DNA from: Lawsonibacter sp.
Lineage (GTDB): Bacteria; Bacillota; Clostridia; Oscillospirales; Oscillospiraceae
Length of the DNA stretch: 64,000 nt
NCBI GenBank assembly: GCA_022796195.1
Contig: JAAWIE010000004.1
Coordinates: 165 to 64,164, forward strand
Reading direction: 5' to 3'
In this document: positions 30,790 to 39,714 of the stretch, piece by piece
How the letters are laid out: each line of letters begins with the position of its first letter
Position numbering within the stretch: position 1 is the first letter of the stretch
Made by a program: the position numbers and the translations under genes
The notes under the pieces: generated by a model
The model's database searches: none
Told to the model about the DNA's origin: nothing
The model's input: only the letters and a program-made list of their open reading frames with translations

Positions 30790-31446
30790 ATGTTCAAAGC
30801 CTTAATTGAAACGCTGGAGGCATACCAACGCCGGGACCCCGCAGCCCGATCCAAGTTGGAAATTTTCCTGCTGTATCAAGGGGTCCATGCCACCCTGCAC
30901 CACCGGCTGGCCCACTGGCTGTACTGCCACAAATGCAGGTTTCTGGCCCGCTGGGTCTCCCAGTGCTCCCGGTTCTGGACCGGAATCGAAATCCATCCCG
31001 GAGCCAAGATCGGCCGCCGGTTCGTCATTGACCACGGGATGGGCATCGTGATCGGTGAGACCGCCGAGGTGGGCGACGATGTGCTGATCTACCACGGCGT
31101 CACCCTGGGGGGCACCGGCAAAGACCAGGGAAAACGCCATCCCACCATTGGCAACAATGTTTTGATTTCCTGCGGGGCTAAGGTGCTGGGCCCCTTTAAG
31201 GTGGGGGATAACGCCCGCATTGCCGCCAACGCCGTGGTCCTGTCCGAGGTCCCGGAGAACGCCACCGCCGTGGGTATTCCCGCGCAGATTGTCCGCATCG
31301 CCGGCCGTTCCACCCACTATGCCGACGATGTGGACCAGACCAGCGTCAACAACCCCACGTTGGAAAAGCTGACTGCAATTTCCGCCCGCCTGGAGATGGT
31401 GGAAAAGCTGCTGGATGAAAAATATTTGGAGGAAACACACCCATGA
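30790..31446 (+). CDS. cysE: Serine O-acetyltransferase
   Basis: RDPAARS, TGIEIHPGA, IDHGMGIVIGET, GVTLGGTGK...RHPTIG. Confidence 0.96.
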   Translation: MFKALIETLEAYQRRDPAARSKLEIFLLYQGVHATLHHRLAHWLYCHKCRFLARWVSQCSRFWTGIEIHPGAKIGRRFVIDHGMGIVIGETAEVGDDVLIYHGVTLGGTGKDQGKRHPTIGNNVLISCGAKVLGPFKVGDNARIAANAVVLSEVPENATAVGIPAQIVRIAGRSTHYADDVDQTSVNNPTLEKLTAISARLEMVEKLLDEKYLEETHP

Positions 31447-31706
31447 AACTGCAAGAAATAGTCCGCGTCCTCTACGGCGTGGACCAACCCCAGGGCTGTA
31501 TGGGTGAAGAAATCGCTGCCATGAAGGAGCGATTCGGCGCGATCCCGGCGGTGGTGGAGGAATTTTGGCGCACCTTCGGACACACCAAGGAACTGAACTA
31601 CGGTCAGGACGACTGGGTTTTTCCAGCACATTACACAAAATGGAAGTGGCTGGAGGAATATGACGCCCTGCTGGAGGTCATGGATGGTCTGGGTGAGCCG
31701 ATTTAA
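31443..31706 (+). CDS. Small SMI1/KNR4-like protein, probably truncated
   Basis: ATGA overlap with cysE, GGAGG RBS; G..EEIAAMKERFGAIPAVVEEFWRTFG resembles the SMI1/KNR4 N-terminal motif; only 87 aa. Confidence 0.5.
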   Translation: MKLQEIVRVLYGVDQPQGCMGEEIAAMKERFGAIPAVVEEFWRTFGHTKELNYGQDDWVFPAHYTKWKWLEEYDALLEVMDGLGEPI

Positions 31707-31726
31707 CCCCCATCCCCCGCAAGGAA

Positions 31727-31770
31727 AAGCCTCCTTTTGAAAGAAGGTGCCCCCAAAGGGGGCGGAGGAT
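31727..31770 (+). repeat. Degenerate double-hairpin repeat (family A)
   Basis: aagcctCCTTTtgAAAGaaggtGCCCCCaaaGGGGGCggagga; same aagcct-hairpin-aggtg-hairpin-cgga layout. Confidence 0.5.
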
Positions 31771-31808
31771 TGTATTTGGAGAAAACTTACAACATGGAGG
31801 ATACGAAA

Positions 31809-33254
31809 ATGCTGCTTTACAATTCCGCAACCCACAAGAAGGAAGAATTCACCACCCACACCCCCGGCCGCGTGGAGATGTACACCTGCGGACCCACTGT
31901 GTATCACTTCGCCCACATCGGCAATCTGCGGTCCTACATCATGGAGGATGTGTTGGAGAAGTTTCTGCGCTACGACGGCTATGACGTCAACCGGGTCATG
32001 AACATCACCGACGTAGGCCATCTGTCCAGCGACGCCGACACTGGCGAGGATAAAATGCTCAAGGGCGCCAAACGGGAGCATAAGACCGTGATGGAAATTG
32101 CCCAGTATTACACCGACGCATTCTTTGACGACTGCCGTAAGCTGAACATCAAGACCCCCGATGTGGTCCAGCCTGCCACCGGACTCATCGACGAATTTAT
32201 TACCCTGGTTTCCGGCCTGCTGGACAAGGGCTATGCCTATGTGGCCGGAGGCAATGTGTACTTCGACACCTCCAAATTGAAACAGTATTATATCTTCAAC
32301 GCCCACGACGAAGAGGATTTGGCGGTGGGCGTTCGGGAAGGCGTGGAGGAGGACGCAAACAAGCGGAACAAAAATGACTTTGTTCTCTGGTTCACCAAAT
32401 CCAAATTTGAAGACCAGGCCCTCAAGTGGGATTCCCCCTGGGGGGTCGGCTACCCCGGCTGGCACATCGAATGTTCCGGCATCTCCTTGAAATACAACGG
32501 AGAATATTTGGACCTTCACTGCGGCGGGGTGGACAATGCCTTCCCCCACCACACCAATGAAATCGCCCAGTCAGAGAGCTATATCGGCCACCCCTGGTGC
32601 AAACATTGGTTCCATGTCCACCACTTGAACACAAACAGCGGCAAAATGTCGAAATCCAAAGGCGAGTTTTTAACCGTCTCACTGCTGGAGGAGAAGGGCT
32701 ACGACCCCATTGTCTACCGTTTCTTCTGCCTCCAGAGCCACTACCGCAAGGGGCTGGTCTTTTCCTGGGAAAATCTGGACAACGCCGCCGCCGCCTTCCA
32801 AAAGCTCATCGCTAAGATTGCCGCCCTGGAGCCCGCCGATGGCCCCGTGGACGAGGCAGTCTCCGCTGAATATCGGGAAAAATTCTGCACCCAAGTGGGC
32901 AACGACCTAAACACCGCATTGGGGATCACCGCTTTGTATGACGTACTGAAAGCCAAAACCAACGGCGCCACCCGGCTGGCTGTGCTGGACAGCTTTGACC
33001 AAGTGCTCTCCCTTTCTCTGCTGGACAAAGCCGCCACGGTGCGGGAAGAGCAAAAGAAACAGAAAGCCAGCTCTCAAGGCGGATATACCATCACCGGCGA
33101 GGGTGACCCCGCCGTAGACGCGCTGGTCCTCCAGCGTTACGAGGCCAAGAAAGCGAAAAACTTTGCCGAGGCCGACCGCATCCGAGACGAGTTGAAACAG
33201 CAGGGGATTGAAATCACCGACGTGCCTGGCGGAGCCAGCTGGAAGCGCGTATAA
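31809..33254 (+). CDS. cysS: Cysteine--tRNA ligase
   Basis: CGPTVY...HIGN, GYPGWHIECS, HCGGVD...FPHHTNEIAQ, KMSKS. Confidence 0.97.
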   Translation: MLLYNSATHKKEEFTTHTPGRVEMYTCGPTVYHFAHIGNLRSYIMEDVLEKFLRYDGYDVNRVMNITDVGHLSSDADTGEDKMLKGAKREHKTVMEIAQYYTDAFFDDCRKLNIKTPDVVQPATGLIDEFITLVSGLLDKGYAYVAGGNVYFDTSKLKQYYIFNAHDEEDLAVGVREGVEEDANKRNKNDFVLWFTKSKFEDQALKWDSPWGVGYPGWHIECSGISLKYNGEYLDLHCGGVDNAFPHHTNEIAQSESYIGHPWCKHWFHVHHLNTNSGKMSKSKGEFLTVSLLEEKGYDPIVYRFFCLQSHYRKGLVFSWENLDNAAAAFQKLIAKIAALEPADGPVDEAVSAEYREKFCTQVGNDLNTALGITALYDVLKAKTNGATRLAVLDSFDQVLSLSLLDKAATVREEQKKQKASSQGGYTITGEGDPAVDALVLQRYEAKKAKNFAEADRIRDELKQQGIEITDVPGGASWKRV

Positions 33255-33293
33255 AAAGGCGTTCCAAAGGAGAACACCTTTACAGACAGCAAA

Positions 33294-33332
33294 ACACAGG
33301 CCGGAAGGGGAGCACTCCCTTCCGGCCTGTGT
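33294..33332. terminator. Terminator between convergent genes
   Basis: ACACAGGCCGGAAGGG...CCCTTCCGGCCTGTGT, 16-bp stem. Confidence 0.8.
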
Positions 33333-33335
33333 CTA

Positions 33336-33608
33336 TTACCCTTTTAAAAAGAACCATGCAGCGGCGGCGGCCAGCAGCAGAAAAAAGATCCAGCCGCCCG
33401 CACTGCTCTTCTTTTGTGGTGGAGGACTGCGGGGAACGTAAAATTTCAGGTCGTTCTGCTTTTCGGGTTTTTCCTCCCGGCGCAGGCTGGACTGCCGCTC
33501 CAGCTCCTGTATCAGGCGAAGCTCGGCATCCAGCGCGGTGCCGCAGTAAGTACAAAAAATACGCGCGTCCTCATTGGTGTGGAGACACTTGGGGCAGCGT
33601 TTTGACAT
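33336..33608 (-). CDS. Zinc-ribbon protein with C-terminal membrane anchor (paralog 2)
   Basis: CPKC...FCTYCG, C-terminal WIFFLLLAAAAAWFFL; AAGGAG RBS. Confidence 0.8.
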   Translation of the reverse strand: MSKRCPKCLHTNEDARIFCTYCGTALDAELRLIQELERQSSLRREEKPEKQNDLKFYVPRSPPPQKKSSAGGWIFFLLLAAAAAWFFLKG

Positions 33609-33671
33609 GTCTGTTCTCCTTCACATTAGCCTTCAGGAATCGTTCCCGAATCTGCCCAAAACTCCCCGCTG

Positions 33672-33953
33672 TCAGGAAAGGAAAATCCACAGCGCCACTG
33701 CGGCCACAGCCACCACACCCAGAATGATCCAGGGCAGCGCGCCCATTCCCTGTTTCTGCTCCACTTTCGGGGGGACATAATCGTCGTCATCGTCTTTTTT
33801 GCGCGGGGCCTCCTTCGGCGCGGCAGGGACCTTGGTCTGCTTTTCAAAGTCCTGGATCAGACGGATATTCGCGTCCAGCGGAGCGCCGCAGGCGCCGCAA
33901 AAAATGCGAGAATCATCGTTGGCAAAGTTGCATTCAGGACAACGTTTTGACAT
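33672..33953 (-). CDS. Zinc-ribbon protein with C-terminal membrane anchor (paralog 1)
   Basis: CPEC...FCGACG, C-terminal LPWIILGVVAVAAVALWIFL; AAGGAG RBS. Confidence 0.8.
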   Translation of the reverse strand: MSKRCPECNFANDDSRIFCGACGAPLDANIRLIQDFEKQTKVPAAPKEAPRKKDDDDDYVPPKVEQKQGMGALPWIILGVVAVAAVALWIFLS

Positions 33954-34055
33954 AACCATACTCCTTTTGAAGCGGCTGAATCGCCGTTCGGTTGTTTAGA
34001 ATCTCTTGCCCAATTATAGCAGAAAATTTATTCAACCGCAAGATGATACTCTGAA

Positions 34056-35072
34056 TTATTCCATCTCTGTTACAAAATTCAGGGCATTTTTCCAAAGAAT
34101 TCCCTCCGCCTGTTCCTGTGAAAGTCCCCGGTCCAGAAAATATTGGTACAGGCCGGCTGTTTTGGCCGGACTATTGAGAGTATCCGGCACATCTGCCCCA
34201 TCCGCGTCGGAGCCAAGGGCCAGACAGTGTTCCGCGCCCAGTTCTAAAAAGTGCTCCACATGCCGGTACAGGTCCTCCAATCCGGCGGGACGCTCTCCCG
34301 TACGCAGAAAGTCGTGGGAGTAATTCAGTCCGATGAGACATTTCCGGTCAACCATCTCCCGGACCTGTTCGTCGGTGAGGTTGCGCCGGTGTCCGCATAC
34401 GCTCCGGGCATTGGAGTGGCTGGCGGCGAAGGGCTTTTGGGCGATGTCCAGCACATCAAAGAAGCTCCTGTCATTCAGGTGGGATACATCCACCACGATC
34501 TTGTGCCGCTCCAGTTCCCGAATCGCCTCCCTGCCGAAGGAGGACAGGCCATGGTCCGTCACATTTCCCGAGGCAATCTCGTTTTCCCCGTTCCAGGTAA
34601 GGGTCATCATCCGCACTCCATCCCGGGCCAGCGTTTCAATCCGGGCCAGCTGCCCGGCCAGAGCGGAACCGTTTTCCACCGTGAGTATGGCCGCCGCCCT
34701 GCCCTGTTCCCAGGCAGCTTCTATTTCGGCCGCAGTCCGGCAGGGACGGACCCGGTCCGCCAACGTCTCCATCTGCCGGTGGAAACTGCGCTGGTGCATA
34801 TCATAGTAGCTGGCCGCTTCCTCCTGAGACAGTCCGTCCGGGACAAAAATAGCACAGCACTGGCACCAGTGGACGTCTTGCGGGATGGCGGACAGGGAGA
34901 AGTGCCGCCCGGGAAGGTCCAACGTGTCCGTCCCCCGAACCCGGCTGCTCAGCGAGGCCAGCGCCGCCTCCCGCCGTGCTGGGTCTTGGATAGCAGTCAG
35001 CAGATGAAAGTCCTCGTCGGTCAGGGCGATGAGGGTGTCGCAATGCAGGTCAATCAGGGCATAGGGATTCAT
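34056..35072 (-). CDS. Membrane dipeptidase family (M19) protein
   Basis: DLHCDT, LTVENG, LTWN, VDVSHL, ASHSN, RNLTD, LGSDADG. Confidence 0.9.
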   Translation of the reverse strand: MNPYALIDLHCDTLIALTDEDFHLLTAIQDPARREAALASLSSRVRGTDTLDLPGRHFSLSAIPQDVHWCQCCAIFVPDGLSQEEAASYYDMHQRSFHRQMETLADRVRPCRTAAEIEAAWEQGRAAAILTVENGSALAGQLARIETLARDGVRMMTLTWNGENEIASGNVTDHGLSSFGREAIRELERHKIVVDVSHLNDRSFFDVLDIAQKPFAASHSNARSVCGHRRNLTDEQVREMVDRKCLIGLNYSHDFLRTGERPAGLEDLYRHVEHFLELGAEHCLALGSDADGADVPDTLNSPAKTAGLYQYFLDRGLSQEQAEGILWKNALNFVTEME

Positions 35073-35107
35073 AAAAAACACTCCTTTACACAATTGATCT
35101 TGAATGG

Positions 35108-37255
35108 TTACGGTTTCTTCATGGTCAGCGAGATGCGTTTCTTTTTTTCGTCTACCTCTACCACCCAAACTGTGATCACATCTCCAACGGAAAGCAGTTC
35201 TGAGGGATGTTTCACCCGGCGGGGAAGCTTGGAGATATGAACAAGTCCATCTTGATGAACGCCAATGTCCACAAACACGCCGAAGTCAATAACATTGCGC
35301 ACAGTGCCCTGAAGTTCCATCCCAGACTTCAAGTCTTTGGCCTCCATTACGTCGGTGCGTAGGATGGGAGGCGGAAGCTCGTCCCGAGGGTCGCGGCCCG
35401 GCTTGGACAGCTCCTTGACGATATCGGCCAGGGTGGGTGCGCCTGCGCCGCAGGTCTCAGACAGAGTTTCATAGCCGATGGCCTCCGCCTGGGCCTTCAA
35501 TCCGGCTATGTTCCCCTCTTTTACGTCTTCCAGCGTACAGCCGCAGGCGGTAAGGAGCTTCTCCGCCGCACCGTAGCTCTCCGGATGAACCCCTGTGTTG
35601 TCCAATACGGATTTGCTCTCCGGCACCCGAATAAACCCGGCGCACTGTTCAAACGCTTTGGGGCCCAGCTTGGGCACTTTGAGCAGCTGCTTTCGGGTGG
35701 TAAATATCCCGTTTTCCTCCCGATATTTCACCAAATTCTTTGCGGTAGCGGCGGTGAGACCGGACACCCGCTGAAGCAGGGAGGGAGAAGCGGTGTTGGC
35801 ATCCACCCCCACGGCATTCACGCAGTCCTCCACCACACCGTCCAGGGTCTCGCCCAGACGGGCCTGGGGCATATCGTGCTGGTATTGGCCCACCCCGATC
35901 GCCTTGGGATCGATCTTCACCAGCTCCGCCAGAGGGTCCTGGAGGCGGCGGGCGATGGACACCGCGCTTCTTAGGTTCACATCGAACTGGGGGAACTCCT
36001 CCGCAGCCAGCTTGGAGGCGGAGTAGACCGAAGCTCCCGCCTCGCTGACAATCATGTAGGACACCCCGCCCCCTACCGTTTTAATCAGTTCCACGGTCAT
36101 CTGTTCGGTCTCCCGGCTGGCGGTGCCGTTTCCAATGGCAATATGCTCTACGCCATACGTTTGAATCAGCTCCGCCAGCTTGGCAATACACTCCTGTTTT
36201 TGCCGCTCGCCGTAGGTGGGGTAGACCACTGCGGTATCCAGCACCTTGCCGGTGCCATCCACCACCGCCACCTTGCAGCCCATCCGGTAGCCCGGGTCCA
36301 GCCCCATGGTCACCCGGCCCTTGACGGGCGGCTGCATAAGCAGGGGCTTGAGGTTGAGGGCAAACATATGGATAGCCCCCTCGTTGGCTTGGTCGGTAAG
36401 CGTATTGCGGATTTCCCGTTCCATTGAGGGCTGAATCAAGCGGTCATAGGCATCGTCCGCCGCCGCCCGGACAAAGTCCATCGCCGCGCGGTTGGGCACC
36501 GCCATCCGGCGTACCGCGATGTGGGCGGTTTCCGAGTCCAGCTCTACAGACACCTTTAAGATATTCTCCCGTTCCCCCCGGTTGACGGCCAGAACCTGAT
36601 AGCCCTGAACCCGGCCCACCGGCTGCTTGAAGTCGTAATACAGCCGGTAGACCGTATCCTCCGGCTCCTTGTCCGCCGCCTTGGACACCAGCATGGCCCG
36701 CCGGAGGTAGAGGGCACGCAGTTCCTTACGGATGTCCGCATCGTCGGAGATCTGTTCCGCGATAATGTCATTGGCCCCCTGGAGCGCATCCTCAACGGTT
36801 TCCACACCCTTTTCCGGGTCGATGTATTCCACCGCAGCAGCGGCCATATCCACAGCGGGGCCGAAGGCAAACGCCAGCTGTGCCAGCGGCTCCAAACCCT
36901 TTTCCCGGGCGATGGTGGCTCGGGTGCGCCGCTTCTGCTTGTAGGGGCGGTACAAGTCCTCCACCTCGGCTAGGGTAGCGGCGGTATCAATTGCGGCAGA
37001 CAGCTCCTGTGTGAGCTTGCCTTGGTTCTCAATGGAGGTTTTAACCTCCCCTTTCCGGGCGTCCAGATTACGCAGGTATTGCAGACGGTCCGCCAACTGA
37101 CGCAGCAGCTGGTCATCCATAGAACCGTGAAGCTCTTTCCGGTAGCGGGCAATAAAGGGAATGGTAGCGCCCTCGTCAATCAGGGCAACCACATTGTTTA
37201 TGTGCTCTTCTGTACGGCCCAGCTCCTGCGCCAGCGTCTGTATGATTGTGTCCAT
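35108..37255 (-). CDS. tex: Tex family transcriptional accessory protein (S1 domain)
   Basis: TIPFIARYRKE, GLDPGYRMGCK, SEAGASVYSAS, IGVGQYQHD, C-terminal S1. Confidence 0.95.
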   Translation of the reverse strand: MDTIIQTLAQELGRTEEHINNVVALIDEGATIPFIARYRKELHGSMDDQLLRQLADRLQYLRNLDARKGEVKTSIENQGKLTQELSAAIDTAATLAEVEDLYRPYKQKRRTRATIAREKGLEPLAQLAFAFGPAVDMAAAAVEYIDPEKGVETVEDALQGANDIIAEQISDDADIRKELRALYLRRAMLVSKAADKEPEDTVYRLYYDFKQPVGRVQGYQVLAVNRGERENILKVSVELDSETAHIAVRRMAVPNRAAMDFVRAAADDAYDRLIQPSMEREIRNTLTDQANEGAIHMFALNLKPLLMQPPVKGRVTMGLDPGYRMGCKVAVVDGTGKVLDTAVVYPTYGERQKQECIAKLAELIQTYGVEHIAIGNGTASRETEQMTVELIKTVGGGVSYMIVSEAGASVYSASKLAAEEFPQFDVNLRSAVSIARRLQDPLAELVKIDPKAIGVGQYQHDMPQARLGETLDGVVEDCVNAVGVDANTASPSLLQRVSGLTAATAKNLVKYREENGIFTTRKQLLKVPKLGPKAFEQCAGFIRVPESKSVLDNTGVHPESYGAAEKLLTACGCTLEDVKEGNIAGLKAQAEAIGYETLSETCGAGAPTLADIVKELSKPGRDPRDELPPPILRTDVMEAKDLKSGMELQGTVRNVIDFGVFVDIGVHQDGLVHISKLPRRVKHPSELLSVGDVITVWVVEVDEKKKRISLTMKKP

Positions 37256-37448
37256 AGTGTTCTCCCTATTCATAATAGAATCTTGGGACAGTGTAACGCA
37301 AATGGAAGAAAAAGTCCAGAGAAATGTGGGCTGCACTTCCATATCGGAAAATTTGTAAAATACCTATAGGATTTTTTCTGAATTTGTGATATGATGATAG
37401 GTACCACTAGTATGAAGTAGATCTTATCTCAACAGGGAGGCGGGGACC

Positions 37449-38897
37449 GTGGGACGAAAGGGTTGGTTTTCAGCGTTGACGCTGGCCGTTATGCTGTTGT
37501 TGAGCGGCTGTTTGTTCCGCTCCCCAGACGACCTGTACCGCCCGCCTGAGAAGTCTCCCGGCTATGAACAGCTCAATGCCGCCATCCGGGCGGTGCGCAC
37601 CGGACTGGAGGCGGAATTTGGAACCCGAGTGGAAGATGTTACCATCATGTCGGGTGACAACACCGCCAGCATCCAGCTTCAGGACCTGGACGGCGACGCG
37701 GTGCGGGAGAGCGCGGTCACAGTACTCCGGGTACCTGGAATTGAAAAACCCATAAAAATTTTTATTTTTAATGAAATCAATGGGGAGTACGTAGTTACTG
37801 GCGTGGTAGAGGGGGAAGGAACCGCCATTTATGCCATGGCCTACGCCCAGATCAACGGCGAGGGGCGCAAGGAACTGGCCGTAAACTGGCAGATCAGCAC
37901 CGGCGCCTATCAGCTGGGGGTATACACCCTGGACGATATCAACCTGCCCGGTGAAGAACTGGATGAGGCGGAGCGTCTGTCCGCTATCCAAGGTATGACC
38001 CGGGCCGACCTGATGGGCACAGAACGTTTGCTGACCCGGTGCAGTGTGGCCGGAGATGGTTCCAGCGGCTGCCGCCTGCTGGACATGGACCGGGACACCC
38101 GCCTTGAGGTGCTGGTAACCCGTATGGACGCCAGCGGCCTGGGCAATCAGGTGGAGATCTACGGCTGGCAGGACGGGGTAATGGCCTCTTTGTCCATCGC
38201 CGAATTGTCCACCGGAATTGCCGCAATAAACCGGATCCGCACCAACTATCTGGCCGGGGAATACGATCAGCCGGCCCTCTACGTCACCAGCACTCTGGCC
38301 GACGGGCGGCGTGCCATCGATGTGGTGGCCTATGTGAACGGCGTGCTGACCAATGTGGCTCTGGACAGCTCCGGCATCAGCCGGGAGGTCATCCAGGGCT
38401 ACACGGAGATCAATCCCACCGACATCAACCGGGACTTGGTGGCAGAACTGCCCTCTCCCTATCAGCTGCCCAGCTATGGAGAGAGCACCTCCAGCAACTT
38501 CTGGCTGATCGACTGGGGGCAGTACGACCAGCGGGGCAATCGCAACCATGTACTTACCACTTACCACAACATGAGCGACGGTTGGTATCTGGAAATTCCC
38601 GAGAGCTGGCGGGACCAAATTACCATCTCCCGTAACGATCAGGTTACCGGCCGCCGCGAGGTGGTCTTCTCCCACTGGCAGGGTGAGAACCGGGAACCGG
38701 CCCCGTTTTTAAGTATCTACCGTATGGCAAGCAGCCGCACCTCGGAATTGGAGGAAGACGGCTGGACCGTTCTCCGGGAGGAGGAGAATATTACCTATGC
38801 CGCCCGGTTCCATGTCAGCGTTTGGGACTGCGGGCTGGACAGCATAGACCTTCTGGAACGGTTCAACACCATCCAAAGAAGCTGGTACAACGAATAA
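37449..38897 (+). CDS. Lipoprotein with VCBS/FG-GAP-like repeats
   Basis: Lipobox LLLSGC; DLDGD, DMDRD, DINRD repeats; directly upstream of a two-component pair. Confidence 0.7.
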   Translation: MGRKGWFSALTLAVMLLLSGCLFRSPDDLYRPPEKSPGYEQLNAAIRAVRTGLEAEFGTRVEDVTIMSGDNTASIQLQDLDGDAVRESAVTVLRVPGIEKPIKIFIFNEINGEYVVTGVVEGEGTAIYAMAYAQINGEGRKELAVNWQISTGAYQLGVYTLDDINLPGEELDEAERLSAIQGMTRADLMGTERLLTRCSVAGDGSSGCRLLDMDRDTRLEVLVTRMDASGLGNQVEIYGWQDGVMASLSIAELSTGIAAINRIRTNYLAGEYDQPALYVTSTLADGRRAIDVVAYVNGVLTNVALDSSGISREVIQGYTEINPTDINRDLVAELPSPYQLPSYGESTSSNFWLIDWGQYDQRGNRNHVLTTYHNMSDGWYLEIPESWRDQITISRNDQVTGRREVVFSHWQGENREPAPFLSIYRMASSRTSELEEDGWTVLREEENITYAARFHVSVWDCGLDSIDLLERFNTIQRSWYNE

Positions 38898-38955
38898 TAT
38901 GCCCCTGTGCTTCCGGGGCGGCAGAAGATTTTTGTAAATAAAGTGAGGGAAGAAC

Positions 38956-39645
38956 ATGCGCAAGGTACTGGTCCTGGAGGACGAGGAAAACATCCGCAGT
39001 TTTGTTGTCATCAATTTAAAGCGCGCGGGCTATCAGACCGTGGAGGCAGGCACCGGAGAGGATGCCCTGGAGGCAGTGCGGGAAAACCCGGACATCAAAG
39101 TTGCCCTGCTGGACATCATGCTGCCTGGGATCGACGGCTTTGAAGTCTGCCGCCGCCTGCGGGCTATGGACAACAAAATCGGAATTATCATGCTCACCGC
39201 CCGGACCCAGGAGATGGATAAAGTGACCGGCCTGATGACCGGCGCGGACGACTATGTGACCAAGCCCTTCTCCCCCGCTGAACTGACCGCTCGGGTGGAC
39301 GCCCTCTTCCGCCGCACCGGCGGGGACGAGGCCCCCATTTCCCCCGACGAACTCAGCGACCCGCCCTTCCTTCTGAACACCCGCAACCGAACGCTGGAAA
39401 AAAACGGCCAGAGGGTCAAGCTCACCCAAGTGGAGTATTCCATCGTTAAGCTGTTTATGGAAAACCCCGGCAAGGCTCTGTCCCGAGAGGAGATTCTGGA
39501 TACCGTTTGGGGCAAGGACTACTTCGGTGAATTGAAAATCGTGGACGTGAATATCCGCCGCCTGCGTATCAAAATTGAGGACAACGCCCAGAAGCCCACA
39601 TTCGTCAATACCGTTTGGGGCTACGGATACAAGTGGGGCAGTTAG
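38956..39645 (+). CDS. OmpR-family response regulator
   Basis: LLDIMLPG, GADDYVTKPFS, VDVNIRRLR, TVWGYGY. Confidence 0.95.
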   Translation: MRKVLVLEDEENIRSFVVINLKRAGYQTVEAGTGEDALEAVRENPDIKVALLDIMLPGIDGFEVCRRLRAMDNKIGIIMLTARTQEMDKVTGLMTGADDYVTKPFSPAELTARVDALFRRTGGDEAPISPDELSDPPFLLNTRNRTLEKNGQRVKLTQVEYSIVKLFMENPGKALSREEILDTVWGKDYFGELKIVDVNIRRLRIKIEDNAQKPTFVNTVWGYGYKWGS

Positions 39646-39714
39646 CCCCTCTCCGCGCAGGAAGCTCCTTTCGGTTGGGAGCGGCCGGACAGACGCCAAG
39701 AAGGAGGTGGACCC

